This document shows, piece by piece, positions 11,560 to 22,890 of a DNA stretch of 42,213 bases. The notes below the pieces were generated by a model that saw nothing but the letters and a program-made list of their open reading frames with translations, was not told the DNA's origin and made no database searches. The translations under genes and the position numbers were made by a program. The stretch comes from Squatina squatina (taxonomy: Eukaryota), in the NCBI GenBank assembly GCA_031763465.1, contig JARFOE010000046.1, positions 9,777,133 through 9,819,345 of the forward strand, in the 5' to 3' direction. Position 1 is the first letter of the stretch. Each line of letters opens with the position of its first letter.

Positions 11560-12724
11560 NNNNNNNNNNNNNNNNNNNNNNNNNNNNNNNNNNNNNNNNN
11601 NNNNNNNNNNNNNNNNNNNNNNNNNNNNNNNNNNNNNNNNNNNNNNNNNNNNNNNNNNNTCCTTGTCCTCCTTTGCTGATTTCATAATAATACGACATAA
11701 ACTGACACAATAATTCATGCAGATTGAAATTACGCCAGAATCTGTTTTCTGCTATAATTCATAGCGCACTGAAGCAGCCTCACATGGCACCATAAGTTAT
11801 GATTAAAATTAGAATCACTCCGTGACGCCAATGCATTTCAATGTGGAAGAAACACCAGCTACTGCCATTGATGGAAAATGAAGTATGGTTGGCACTGCAC
11901 TCATCCTTTCCTATTAAGCAGATACAAATCATACTTATGAAGGTTATGGCATGATGTATTGTGAAGTGAGAAAAACATAATTAGTTGTTTAGCAGGAGTT
12001 TTCACTTGATGTGACCCGGTAGAGTGCAACACAGTTGTTCAGGCTTCCTCTGCATTACATTGCCAGCAAAACAGGGAGGGAGATCAGTAAACAACTGGTT
12101 TCCATGGAGCGTACAAATTGGCTCACCATCCAGCTTGACCCAGTTTCTGCTTTTGTTTCTTTTACAGGTGAACCTAAAAGTCTCGGAGGCGGCTCCTTTT
12201 TGAACATGTCGACCAGGTCAGAAATATATTTTCAGCTGGCATCACCCTCAAACCTGCTCTTAAGTTGCTTTCTTGATCCTAAGGCATGTGTACATCCAAT
12301 GAGCAATGCTTTCCTGTTCAGGCTTAGATTTCCAACAGACATAATCACTTCTTGATGCATGAATGGAGACATCCTGGGGGTGGGGGCGATGGGCAAGGGG
12401 AGGCAAGAGGGCACATTGATCTTGCATTGTGGCTTCTAAAGCTGAGATGTTTTCAAAATCAAACCTAAAGCTGGATCTTTATACCATGGGGTGGTGTGGG
12501 AACCTTTTTCAACTGTCAGGCGAAATGGAGACATCCACCACACACCGTACATTAGAGGTTGTAGATATATTAAAGAAGAAATTGTTGAAAATACACAGCT
12601 TGAAAGAGAGAAGCCAAGTTAATANNNNNNNNNNNNNNNNNNNNNNNNNNNNNNNNNNNNNNNNNNNNNNNNNNNNNNNNNNNNNNNNNNNNNNNNNNNN
12701 NNNNNNNNNNNNNNNNNNNNNNNN

Positions 12725-12888
12725 CCTCCTCACATCGTTCTTTTCCACCTAACTTTGGATCGTCGGCAAACTTGGATACATTGCTCTCGGTCCCTTCATC
12801 TAAGTTATTAATATAGATTGTGAAAAACTGCAGCCCAAGCACGGATCTTTGCGACACCCCACTAGTTGTAACCTGCCAATCTGATAAC
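12725..12888 (-). mobile_element. CR1 LINE RT core fragment
   Basis: SDWQVTTSGVSQRSVLGLQFFTIYINNLDEGTESNVSKFADDPKLGG (GVPQG and FADD motifs). Confidence 0.9.
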
Positions 12889-13537
12889 ACTGCACTGCAC
12901 TAAATCTCTACAGAAGCCAATATATTTACTTAAAGCTAACTGTGTATATGGATAATATTGTTGAAAATAGCTGTATTGCACAGTCATTTTCCGATTCTAA
13001 AGAGAGATGAAACCATCAAAACTCTTCACTATCATAATGACCCAATCTTGAATAATTCATCACATCCACACTGAAGGGGTATACAGTTGGTGCATCCACT
13101 GTTTATTTCTCATAATGGATTACCCTTGTTGAACATCCCAACGGTACTGTAGATAATTGTACAATTCACGGCACAGTGCCATTGCGCTGTTCAGTATTTC
13201 AGCCAGCATACAGCTCTGAAACCACAGTGGATCAGGTCAACCAAAGGGAAAACATCTAACGTTATTAAATATGCAATAATTGGTAGATATAATGCTCTGC
13301 ATTATTAAAAGAAAAATGTGCCACAAATCCAAGGTTTAATTTTTCTTCCATTAAAGAGTGAATGACAAAAATCTCAGGGCATGACTTTCCAATTTGTAAT
13401 GAGCATCCTTAAGTCCTTAATTGCTTTTTAAAAGCCGGAGTAATAATTCTATCATTAACATCTTTCCATTAACTTCCATCAATGTGGGTAGCTCATTCCC
13501 AGTGAATTCATCAAGGGCTGGAGTTACTCATGTGTTG

Positions 13538-13606
13538 AAGAGAGAAAAGGAAGAGAGGATAGAGGGGAAAGAGGAGAGAGGGAAAGAGAGACTGAAGGGG
13601 AAGAGA
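13538..13606. repeat. Purine-rich (GA) low-complexity tract
   Basis: Almost exclusively A/G. Confidence 0.7.
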
Positions 13607-13729
13607 GTATCCTTGCCAACAGGACCCTGNNNNNNNNNNNNNNNNNNNNNNNNNNNNNNNNNNNNNNNNNNNNNNNNNNNNNNNNNNNNNNNNNNNNNNN
13701 NNNNNNNNNNNNNNNNNNNNNNNNNNNNN

Positions 13730-13890
13730 ACACCCGATGGTGATCAGGAGCGAGCACCCTGGCTGATGTTTTCCCCCTTCCCCAGCTCAGGGACCAAACT
13801 GCAGCACCCTGCTACTAAGATCAGCTGGCTTGGCACAGTCCAGGTCTTGAACTTTTAAAGCCAGCTGTCCGGTTGCTCCGCGTGGCTCAA
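13730..13890 (-). mobile_element. Second SINE family, partial copy
   Basis: gatcaggagcgagcaccctggctgat..ttttcccc, reverse complement of the family core. Confidence 0.55.
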
Positions 13891-13984
13891 ATAATTACCG
13901 TTTAAAATCACTGATCATCTGGGCAGCTTCTTTACACGCACACTTTAATGAACATATCAGAATCGAAACCACACAGCCAGCCAA

Positions 13985-14710
13985 CAGCCGTGGCTCGGCG
14001 GGTAGCATCCTCACCTCTCAAGTCAGAAGGTTATGGTTTCAAGTCCGACTCTGGAGACTTGAGCATGTAATTCAGGCTGATGCTTCAATGCAATACTGAG
14101 GGAGTGCTGCAGTGCCACAATTGTCATCTTTCGGATGAGCCGTTAAACTGAGGCTCCATCTGACATCTCAGGCAGATATTAAAGGCATGATGGCACTGAT
14201 CAAACAGGAACAGAGGAATTCAGCTGATGTAGGGGCCGACAATTGATCCCGCAACCAACATCATAAAAATGGATTGTCTGTTTATTTGGTGCTGCTGCTT
14301 GTGGGAGCTTGCTGTGCGCAAATTGGCTGCCATGTTTCCCTACATTACAACAATGCCTACAATTCAATTGTGGCGCTCAATCGCCTGAGGACTGGTATCG
14401 GGCTGCTGCAGAGCCCTCATGCAGATGTGGGGGTCACAGCCAAACAGATGCTACTGACTGAGGCTGCGGAGAGGTATCTCTAACAATGGAGCAGCTCCTA
14501 GAATGGCCTCTACTACCAGAGCCATGCAGAACTAAATATATGAGTGACTTCAGCTCTCGAGCCAAAGCCTGTGTGGAACAGTGATGAGGGAAGGTGTAGC
14601 GACACGACACGACGCCACAACGACTGCACTTCAAAAGTACTTCATTGACAGTGAAGCACTTTGGGGCATCTCAGGGTCATGGAAACGAGCTCTACAAATG
14701 TGAGTTCATT
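13985..14710 (+). mobile_element. Deu-domain tRNA-derived SINE (SacSINE1-like), full length, interrupted at about 14368-14616
   Basis: A box gtggctcggcgggtag, B box ggtttcaagtcc, core gtgggagcttgctgtgcgcaaattggctgcc, tail resumes cacttcaaaagtacttcattg. Confidence 0.8.
14368..14616 (+). mobile_element. Truncated Vingi/Ingi-like (I-group) LINE 3' end nested in the SINE
   Basis: With frameshifts reads LNRLRTGIG..WG..(C)GCG...TMEQLLEWPLLPEPC (decayed C-terminal zinc knuckle), ends in (GACAC)n; flanked by a degenerate duplication of SINE sequence. Confidence 0.55.
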
Positions 14711-15574
14711 CATTACTTCAACAAACCAACGATCCGGGAGTGGAAGAGAATGGATGGTCTCAGCAGACGTATCAAAGCAGTTTGACAATGAGAAAAAGTG
14801 GCAGGTGGAAGAAAGAGGTGACAAGAGATTAGCAACAATGGCATTTGTCACGGTGATTAATTAAACACAAATGAGATTTCTCTGAGGAACTGGCATCAGA
14901 GGAGTTAATAAATAAATTGTGCTATGCGGCTAAACTAAATTAAATCTTTTGGCATGTTTATGCAATTTGACCTTTGTCTAATAACTAAAACTGGATTTCT
15001 TGGTTAAAAAAATGTGGCTCTGCTGATTAGTTTTCATGATCAAGTGATGGGCTGAATGATAAAACATGCCCTTGGTCAATCAGTTACTGAAATGACATGT
15101 CATGTGACCTTTCTTCTTGTGCTCCATTCATTGAATCCACAATCATGTCTTTGCTGTCATCTTTGAGACGAGTGCTGTTCAATTAATGTCAGTCATTCCA
15201 GAAATCAGACAATGTTGATTAGACAGACCCCCCTGAAGGGTCTAATTAGCTGCTTTGGGCCCTTGCATCTTCAATGGTTTAATTAAAGTTCAGTGAGGTA
15301 GCAGTCACCAGATCACTTTTGGATCCAACCACATACCAATCCATATGTCCATTATAGTGGCAGGTGTAAGACTTGGCTGCTTCTTATCAGCATGCTACTG
15401 TAAATTAAGCCTGCTAAACTCTCTGCTCATTCAATAGCTAACATTGCATGTACACATACCAGTGCTTAAGTGCTNNNNNNNNNNNNNNNNNNNNNNNNNN
15501 NNNNNNNNNNNNNNNNNNNNNNNNNNNNNNNNNNNNNNNNNNNNNNNNNNNNNNNNNNNNNNNNNNNNNNNNNN

Positions 15575-15650
15575 CTTAGTTATGCTGCAGATATGTGGTT
15601 GAAAGCTTATTTCAGGGTCAATATTGACACCAAGGTTGCAGACAGTCTGG
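15575..15650 (-). mobile_element. L2 LINE ORF2 fragment
   Basis: QTVCNLGVNIDPEISFQPHICSITK, typical L2 VRNLGVIFDPELSF-PHI motif. Confidence 0.7.
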
Positions 15651-17849
15651 TACATACCACCAGTACAGGACATTATTGTCCTCAATTAATCAGCTCATCT
15701 GAAGTTGAGCATAATATGAACATATAATCTTTGTGACATTACTGCTAAAGTGCTTGAGGAAGACAAAGCCTGACTGAGCTAAACCAATCAGTTACCTTTT
15801 AAATAACCCAGAGATTTAGAGAAGGCTTGTTTCCCGAAAGCTGGAAGTTGTTGTAATGAGGTTCAAGCTTATTCACAAAAAAAAATGAATTTACCAAAGG
15901 CAAAGAACATCTTTTTAAGCTTCTGAATAATATTCATTCAGTGACTGTGACTGATCAATATATAAAGAACAGAAATGGGCTGAGAATGGAAGAAATATAT
16001 GTTGCAAGAAGCAGTAATTATAAACTCAATGTGCTTCACACTGTACACATCAAAGGGAAAAGTTGGCATTGATTCGAATGTGTTTGGATTTAATGAATCT
16101 TTCTAATCAATTATTCCTTTGTTTTATTTCATTCCATTTTATTTTCTGGAATGCTCTACTGAATCATCATGGTCATAAGGTTATGGAAATCCAAATGATA
16201 GCCTCTTGGAATTTAGCAAATGAGCTTCTATTCTGTTTTTAATGCCTTTGACTTCAAGGTAAATTGAGTTGTCACTCCAGTTTTGTCTTTCAAATTACCT
16301 TGCTTTTACCCAGACTGCGTGATTGTTCCGATCTTAGCCTTGGAAAGTTATGTGCACTCAATTATAAAGTCCTTGTAGTTTTCCACATTGAGCAAAACAA
16401 TCCCAATGGCTCTTACATGGAGATAGTCAGTGAGTTGTGTCATTCTCCACCCACGCTCCTGTACTTTTCACTATGTTGTTTTAATTGAGTGACCTTTAAT
16501 ACACAACAGAATATGGAACAAATGAGAAATTGAATGATTCCCTCGCAGCTTAGGACATTGAATATTAACATCATGAAAGGATGAGAAGGAATGAATGATC
16601 TGGAGAAGTGAAATGTGTAACAAGTAGTAAACTTTATGACTAGATCTGCCTTGATAGAAAAGGCGACAAACGATCCAACTGAATATCATAGCTAATGTGC
16701 TGTTGAGGTAATTGTAAAACCCACATTCCAAACTTTACAGGACAATGCCTTTGGGAGTTAGTGTTAATTTAACCTTATGGGTACTTGATCGGTGCCTAGA
16801 TTGTGAGAACTGAGGCCTTTTTGTCTCTGGTGCCTGGGTTCAATTCCTAATCCCATCAAAGGGAATTGATGCTCATCTTTCTGTGACAGACCTCTGATGT
16901 GAAGGGGAAATAGTTCCCCTTCTACTCTCCTCTCCCAACAGATCGTACATGATTTTTATCCATTTAGGTCAGTGGATGGAAAATCAAGGGGCTGGCAATG
17001 TGCAATTTCCCAAGTTATTCTGGTNNNNNNNNNNNNNNNNNNNNNNNNNNNNNNNNNNNNNNNNNNNNNNNNNNNNNNNNNNNNNNNNNNNNNNNNNNNN
17101 NNNNNNNNNNNNNNNNNNNNNNNNGAGATGCGATGGGCAAGTGGGACTTGCTGTGGGGTAGGACATGGACACCAGAATTACCAGTATTTTTTGAAGTACG
17201 GAGCTCAACATAAAAAACTCCTGCTTCACAATCCTCTCCCTCACAGTCAATTTCAAAATGCAATTATCAGAAGGAGGACCATTGTTTAACAGTGGCCGAA
17301 TAATTTAAAATCTAATTGGATGACATCTTGTCGCTGTCAGGTGGTTACATTCTGTGTGTTGGCATTTGAAGCAGTCATGGCTGAACAGTAAGTGCGCTTA
17401 TTGCCTCATAAGAAGTGATTAAGGCCCCAATGGCTTAAATAGCCCATTGATGCTCATTGCAAGCTCACAAGTTGTCTTGTCCTTCAGCTTGTCCAAGCCT
17501 GAAAGTGATTAACTTGAAGTTAGCCGCTGAGTGGAATTCTCAGCCTGACGAAGATCTATTGCCAATTATAATGAAGTGATTTCATTCGAGCATTTGGGAG
17601 CACATGATGTCTGCAGCCAATTTTGATGTTTCTTCACAGTTGTACTCTTCTGTCATCTGTGTGATTGGCAGTGGGTGTGGTACCTATGGTGACAGGGCTG
17701 TCATATTTTGACAAGTCCAAAGCAGGTGGTGCAGAGTGTGTGATCGGCGCTTGAATTTGGAGATTGCTTTGCTGCTGATGGAGGTTTTTTTTTAATATCC
17801 CCTGTGTGTGGTTCCGTCTGGGTCAGAGTTCTAGGGTGTCTGTGGACAG

Positions 17850-18780
17850 GACAGGCCGGGAAGGTTGGGGCAGTGATTCGCTGTAGTTTTTTTTAAACGG
17901 GAGAGGCGAAAGGGGGAAGCAGTGACCAGAGCCAGTGTCCATGGCTTCTCTCCTCTCTCTCTCTCCGCCAACCCTGTTGAGAGGGAGGAGATGCTTTGCA
18001 AGGGATTAGGGCAGGGCGAACTCTCTCAATTGGTGCTGCCGGCTCCGGGGCGGTCCTACGTGCAGCTCGTCCCCGGCGTCTGGCTCTCCCAAGTTCCCAA
18101 CCTTTGCTGTGTGTCAGACCTTCTCCCCCAAGTTAAAGGAGCGCTGGAGAGACGGTGTCGACCGCTCCTTCAGGCACCAATGGCTGGCTACACCCCGGGC
18201 TTCACCCCCGCTGCTTACTATTACGCCGATGAACTGGAATATTTGCAGGCTTACGAAGACGTGCTGGACCGGTATAAAGGTAAATCCGCTTTAACTGGGG
18301 CTCTGCTAACGGNNNNNNNNNNNNNNNNNNNNNNNNNNNNNNNNNNNNNNNNNNNNNNNNNNNNNNNNNNNNNNNNNNNNNNNNNNNNNNNNNNNNNNNN
18401 NNNNNNNNNNNNGCTGCAGGATTGAGCGCAGTGAGCTCTTTCCATTATCCAAAGGTGACGGCTTCGAATTGCCAGTTCGCTTACTCAGTATTACTTTATT
18501 GTGAACTGCAGGTTCAGCCTGAAAGCACCCGCACTGTAAAAAATCTCACAAATCTGCAGAAAATGGAAACTCTTCTGGGTGAGTGACCCGGGTGGTGTGG
18601 TACTGAGACTGTGCGAGAGATGCTGCTGAGGCAGTCGTAAAAAATTGAAAGGACGCCTGGGATTGTGCAACTGCTCCAAGCGCAACAAATCAGGCTGGCT
18701 AATCAAGCTGAGGGGAGTTGAGTAATTAAAGGGTTCAATTGTTCAAAGGACAGAACAGCCATTAGAAGGCGCAATGGTTT
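17850..18780 (+). promoter_or_regulatory. CpG-rich alternative promoter region of the spectraplakin first exon
   Basis: Local rise in GC/CpG around the exon; inverted CCAAT (ATTGG 18029-18033), GC box GGGGCGG 18047-18053, TACGTG 18057-18062, (CT)n tract about 17946-17965; no obvious TATA box. Interrupted by a gap at 18313-18412. Confidence 0.6.
18180..18279 (+). CDS. DST: Alternative first coding exon of dystonin/BPAG1 (isoform a1/b1-type N-terminus); 33 codons + 1 nt, phase-1 donor
   Basis: Translates [33 protein letters not shown], then G|GTAAAT donor at 18280. Closely matches the recalled mammalian DST isoform-1 start [39 protein letters not shown]. Paralogous start exons exist in plectin (1f) and probably MACF1, but the PAAY-Y motif favours DST. 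Confidence 0.85.
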
Positions 18781-19084
18781 GAATAATTGGAAGTCGGGCA
18801 ATCAAGAGTCTGTTATATTTTTATTGGTTGCATACAGAAAACAAAGTCAAGCATTAGCCTTTTATGAGAAGTATTACTTTTCATCTTTGTTACACAGGTT
18901 AATCTTGCACATGTTAAACTACGCCTGTGAACAGCTGCTCAGCAGTGGCAAGTGGAAGAAAATACATATTGCAAAAAGCGTCCANNNNNNNNNNNNNNNN
19001 NNNNNNNNNNNNNNNNNNNNNNNNNNNNNNNNNNNNNNNNNNNNNNNNNNNNNNNNNNNNNNNNNNNNNNNNNNNNNNNNNNNN

Positions 19085-19268
19085 CAGTGCGCAACTCTCC
19101 GCCCTGGAAACCTCTTTTCTAGCAGAAGCGGCTGTTCTGCCAGATGCCCACAGATCGCACGTTCCTGCTCTGTGGGCATGCGCAGTGCAGCCCGAGATTC
19201 GGATGTTGCGAGGTCCCCCCGGGTGCGTGGGAACACCGTTCCCCCCCTGGGATCGCGATTTCAGCCCC
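19085..19268. mobile_element. Harbinger-like MITE family A end
   Basis: Collinear with about 40535-40721 (ctggaaacc..ttttctagc...gggaac...gatcgc.at.tcagg/cccc). Confidence 0.7.
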
Positions 19269-20390
19269 ATAACCTTAACTGAAACCGATTCTTGATTTTG
19301 AGTTTCAATATTGCGTTGGTTTAAAATCTGTCAGTGAAATGTTTATGAAACCTCTTCACTAATCATAAATGTTTTATAATCCAAATTCATTTTTCTGTCT
19401 GTAGCCCTTAAGTGGAGTTGCTGTGCCTTGCCTGCTTCCATGCAAATTTAATTAGCTGCAGGGTTTTTTGCTTTAGGCCCTAAGTATTTGTGCAGAAAAG
19501 GATGTATCTCCTGATCAGCATGCTTCTTGTGGTGAAGGTTAATGTGATCCTTTCAGCAGTCAATAAAACAATATCATGAAGTCTTTATTTGTTATGGTGA
19601 TGTACTGGCAAACAGTAGAGAGCGAATGCTAGANNNNNNNNNNNNNNNNNNNNNNNNNNNNNNNNNNNNNNNNNNNNNNNNNNNNNNNNNNNNNNNNNNN
19701 NNNNNNNNNNNNNNNNNNNNNNNNNNNNNNNNNAGTAGAAACCCCCCAGAATCACCCTGGGTCAACAGTGGAACCTGTCTGGGAAGTAATGCATTGTTTG
19801 ACAGAAACCCACAAGATGGACGATAAGAAAAAAAAACAAAGCATTTGAATTCCTTAAAATCTATATATTTAGATACATCTCCAGTTTTGAAGACCTGAAA
19901 TTTAAAAGTAGATAAAAATTGGGATGATTGATTGTGTCTGTCCCGGACATGCACCAGAGTGCCTTAGCCTTTTGTTAAGTACTTTGATTTACAGTATTGC
20001 TTGAGGAGAGGATTCATGAGTTGTTGATTGATTCCAATAAATAAACCGATTGACAAATTTAGGCTGGGAGTTTCCATGGGGTGTCTCCCACTGTTTCAGC
20101 GAAGTTACAACTGCAGAGTGGACGAAACCCTGAGGAAATTCCCAGCCTTAGTGCTTGTCCGGGTGGAATATAAGAAAGCCTATCGATCTAATCACGTGCA
20201 TATTATAAGGTTTCCTTGAAATGAACTGCAGAATATTTCTAGATAAACCTGCAGCGATGTTGTCACGTGGAGCTGTTCATACTGTCAGTAACTGCTGGCA
20301 CAAAAACCAACCAAACTCCGCAGCAACAATACAAGCAGTTTGTATTGTACACACCAAGGAATGATAAGACAATTATTTAACCTCTGGACG

Positions 20391-20490
20391 CCTGAATCCC
20401 TCGATCAGATTGCTGCCTAGTAATCACTCATGGACTTTCTACAGAAGTCACCTGAATCCCTCGATTAAATTACTGCCTTGTAATCACTTA
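20391..20490. repeat. Direct duplication, 40-bp unit at 60-bp spacing
   Basis: cctgaatccctcgatcagattgctgcctagtaatcactca vs cctgaatccctcgattaaattactgccttgtaatcactta. Confidence 0.85.
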
Positions 20491-20807
20491 TTCTGTAGGC
20501 CAGCTAGCACTGGATATTTTTTATGGTTGCTTCTGAAATAAAAAGTGACACTGGGCAGGAATGTTGTGCCTTTAGTGAATATCTGATTTACTACAGTATA
20601 TGCATCACTCTGCTAGCCAAAGGAAGAAGACTTGAAGGTGTTTTGAGTTCTAGTGTGACAGAAGCATGCCGACAATTAGTTGTACAAGAAGATTGACTAA
20701 TGAGAGAGTCTTTAAACTAGCACAACAAAAATATGATGAGACTCTTTATTAAAATGTTGACATTTTATTCAGGAATAGTTCAGCTTCAGGTTTTTATCAC
20801 CATTTCT

Positions 20808-20992
20808 TCATGTTGCTGGGTCAAAATCTTGGAACTCCCTTCCGGACAGCACTATGGGAGTACCTTCACCACATGGACTGCAGCGGTTCAAGAAGGTGGT
20901 CCATCACCACCTTCGCAAGGGCAATTATGGATGGGCAATAAATGCTGGCCTTGCCAGTGATGCCCACAAACTAGGAACGAATAAATAAAAAA
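20808..20992 (+). mobile_element. CR1/L2-group LINE 3' end with A-rich tail
   Basis: gggtcaaaatcttggaactccct...ggactgcagcggttcaagaagg..caccacctt..gggcaataaatgctggcc, then aataaataaaaaa. Confidence 0.7.
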
Positions 20993-21134
20993 CTGATACT
21001 GGAACATTGGAAGTACTCTTCTTGTGTGGAACTTCTCGTGTGGCAATGCCACTGGCGTTGGTCTTGACTCTTGTTCTGGCAGAGGAAATTCATCACAAGA
21101 TGTCTACCCCAGAAGTTCTATTCCAGCAAATGTG

Positions 21135-21380
21135 GTAAAGCATATGAGGGAGAAGGGAATGGAGGGTTATGCTGATAGAGTTAGATGAGGAAGGATGGGA
21201 GGAGGCTTGAGCGGAGCATAAACACCAGCATGGACTGTTTCTGTGCTGTATATTCTATGTAATTCTATGTCCATATTTAATTGTCTTTTTGAAAGTTACT
21301 ATTGAAATTGCTTCCACCACATTTTCAGGCAATGAATTCTAGATCACAATCTAGAACAATCTCCTTATCTCCCCTCTGGT
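21135..21380. mobile_element. Two abutting CR1 3' fragments in opposite orientations
   Basis: (+) aagcatatgagggagaagggaat...gagcataaacaccagcatggac..attctatgtaattctatg; (-) gcttccaccacattttcaggcaatgaattc. Confidence 0.6.
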
Positions 21381-22699
21381 TCTATTATAAAAATAATGAT
21401 TTGCTATTGTATTTACTTTATAGGTTTAAAAAGTATTCTGGTTGTAAAACTCAACCTGCTAATTAACATCAAAAGCATTGCTGACGTCTGAATGGAAGAA
21501 TCCAAGAAATTAAGATGCACATCTTGTAATGGACAGATCTGGCTGTTTATGAGCGAGTGTCTGTTCTGTATTGTAATCCATTACTCAGCTGTTCAGTATT
21601 AACCCAACATAAAATGTCTTTTGATAAAAGGCTTTCATAACAAAATACATCAGGACACACTGTGTACCCTCGCCTGGCTTCACAGTCCCTGGCTCAGTCC
21701 CTCTCAGCCAGGCTGTTAGATATGATTCAATTCTCCGAGAGAGGAAAACGAACACTGATTGAGATTTGCATTCTCGGTTAACAGGAAGTGCGGTGAGTAA
21801 AAATTGATTCAAGGGAGGGATGGGCCTTTGCGAATCACCCTCAGTTCCTGTAATTACTGCACCGTTCAAAAAAAAACCCATATAGCAGAGTCTTCACACG
21901 TGCNNNNNNNNNNNNNNNNNNNNNNNNNNNNNNNNNNNNNNNNNNNNNNNNNNNNNNNNNNNNNNNNNNNNNNNNNNNNNNNNNNNNNNNNNNNNNNNNN
22001 NNNTTTTGAAACCAGAAACCAGAATTCAAATTTTGACCAAATTTAGATGATTAGCATGTCTTGTCCACTTTAAAAGAGGAAAGCGTCCCATCATTCTTTT
22101 AATTGTATCTGTTCTGCACATGCATGGCCTACTATTATTCCTTAATTCTCATGAACAGTGCCAGACTGGTAGTTATCATACCAAAACAGTTCCCTGCCTG
22201 AACCTTTCACTGTAGGTGTGCAAAGTTTGTGACTGAGATCATCAGATAAGTGTTGTGACTCAATTGACAAAAAAATAGTGTGGTGTGGATCCCATCTCGC
22301 TTTGGGTAAAACAAAATATATGTGTTCAATTGTTGATGTTGTAGCAAGATAGACGCAGCTGATCTTTTCATTGGTCTTACAGGCTACATAACCAGATAAA
22401 TGATGAACTGTGTTGTTGGTCGTATCTAGAGGCTTGGCTTTAATGTGACCCAGAGAAGGATAATTATATGTGTTTTTACTAAGAATAATGATCATGGTGC
22501 CATAATGGCACTAAATAGAAAAGAACTACCTGAGGTAAGTTTAGGAAGGACAAGTCTCAAACTCATTATTAAAATGTGCCCATTCTAGAATTCCTTCAGG
22601 AACTCCCTTGGACCTATGCCCTATCCCTTGCCAATCCTGTATCTCAGACTGAAGTGGACTTCACAAAGGGCTGGAGCAGAGTGTATAAGTTGTATTTTA

Positions 22700-22890
22700 A
22701 AGACCGTGCCCTTTTATTTCTGCAGCTTGAGCTTGGATTCAGAACAAGCATCTGTGCTAAAGGCTTCCTCTCTGTAATTGGTTGATGAGCAACTTAAGTG
22801 AAATGCATTTGGGCAGCTTTCATCCATCTCCCAGTAAACAGCAGCCTACAGCAGAAAGCTGTTGTCATAATTGGCTCTAATTGGCACAAA
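22700..22890 (+). mobile_element. LF-SINE-like ancient SINE fragment
   Basis: gtgaaatg..ttgggcag...ataattggctctaattggcac resembles the recalled LF-SINE core (GTGAAATGAGTTGG...ACAATTGGCACTAATTGGCAC). Confidence 0.45.

Noticed and set aside
13990-14055. tRNA-like A/B boxes
   Set aside because: Head of a SINE, not a tRNA gene; no proper cloverleaf.
22505-22540. ATG...GAG|GTAAGT (MALNRKELPE) as a start exon
   Set aside because: Phase-0 donor, incompatible with the phase-1 CH1 exon.
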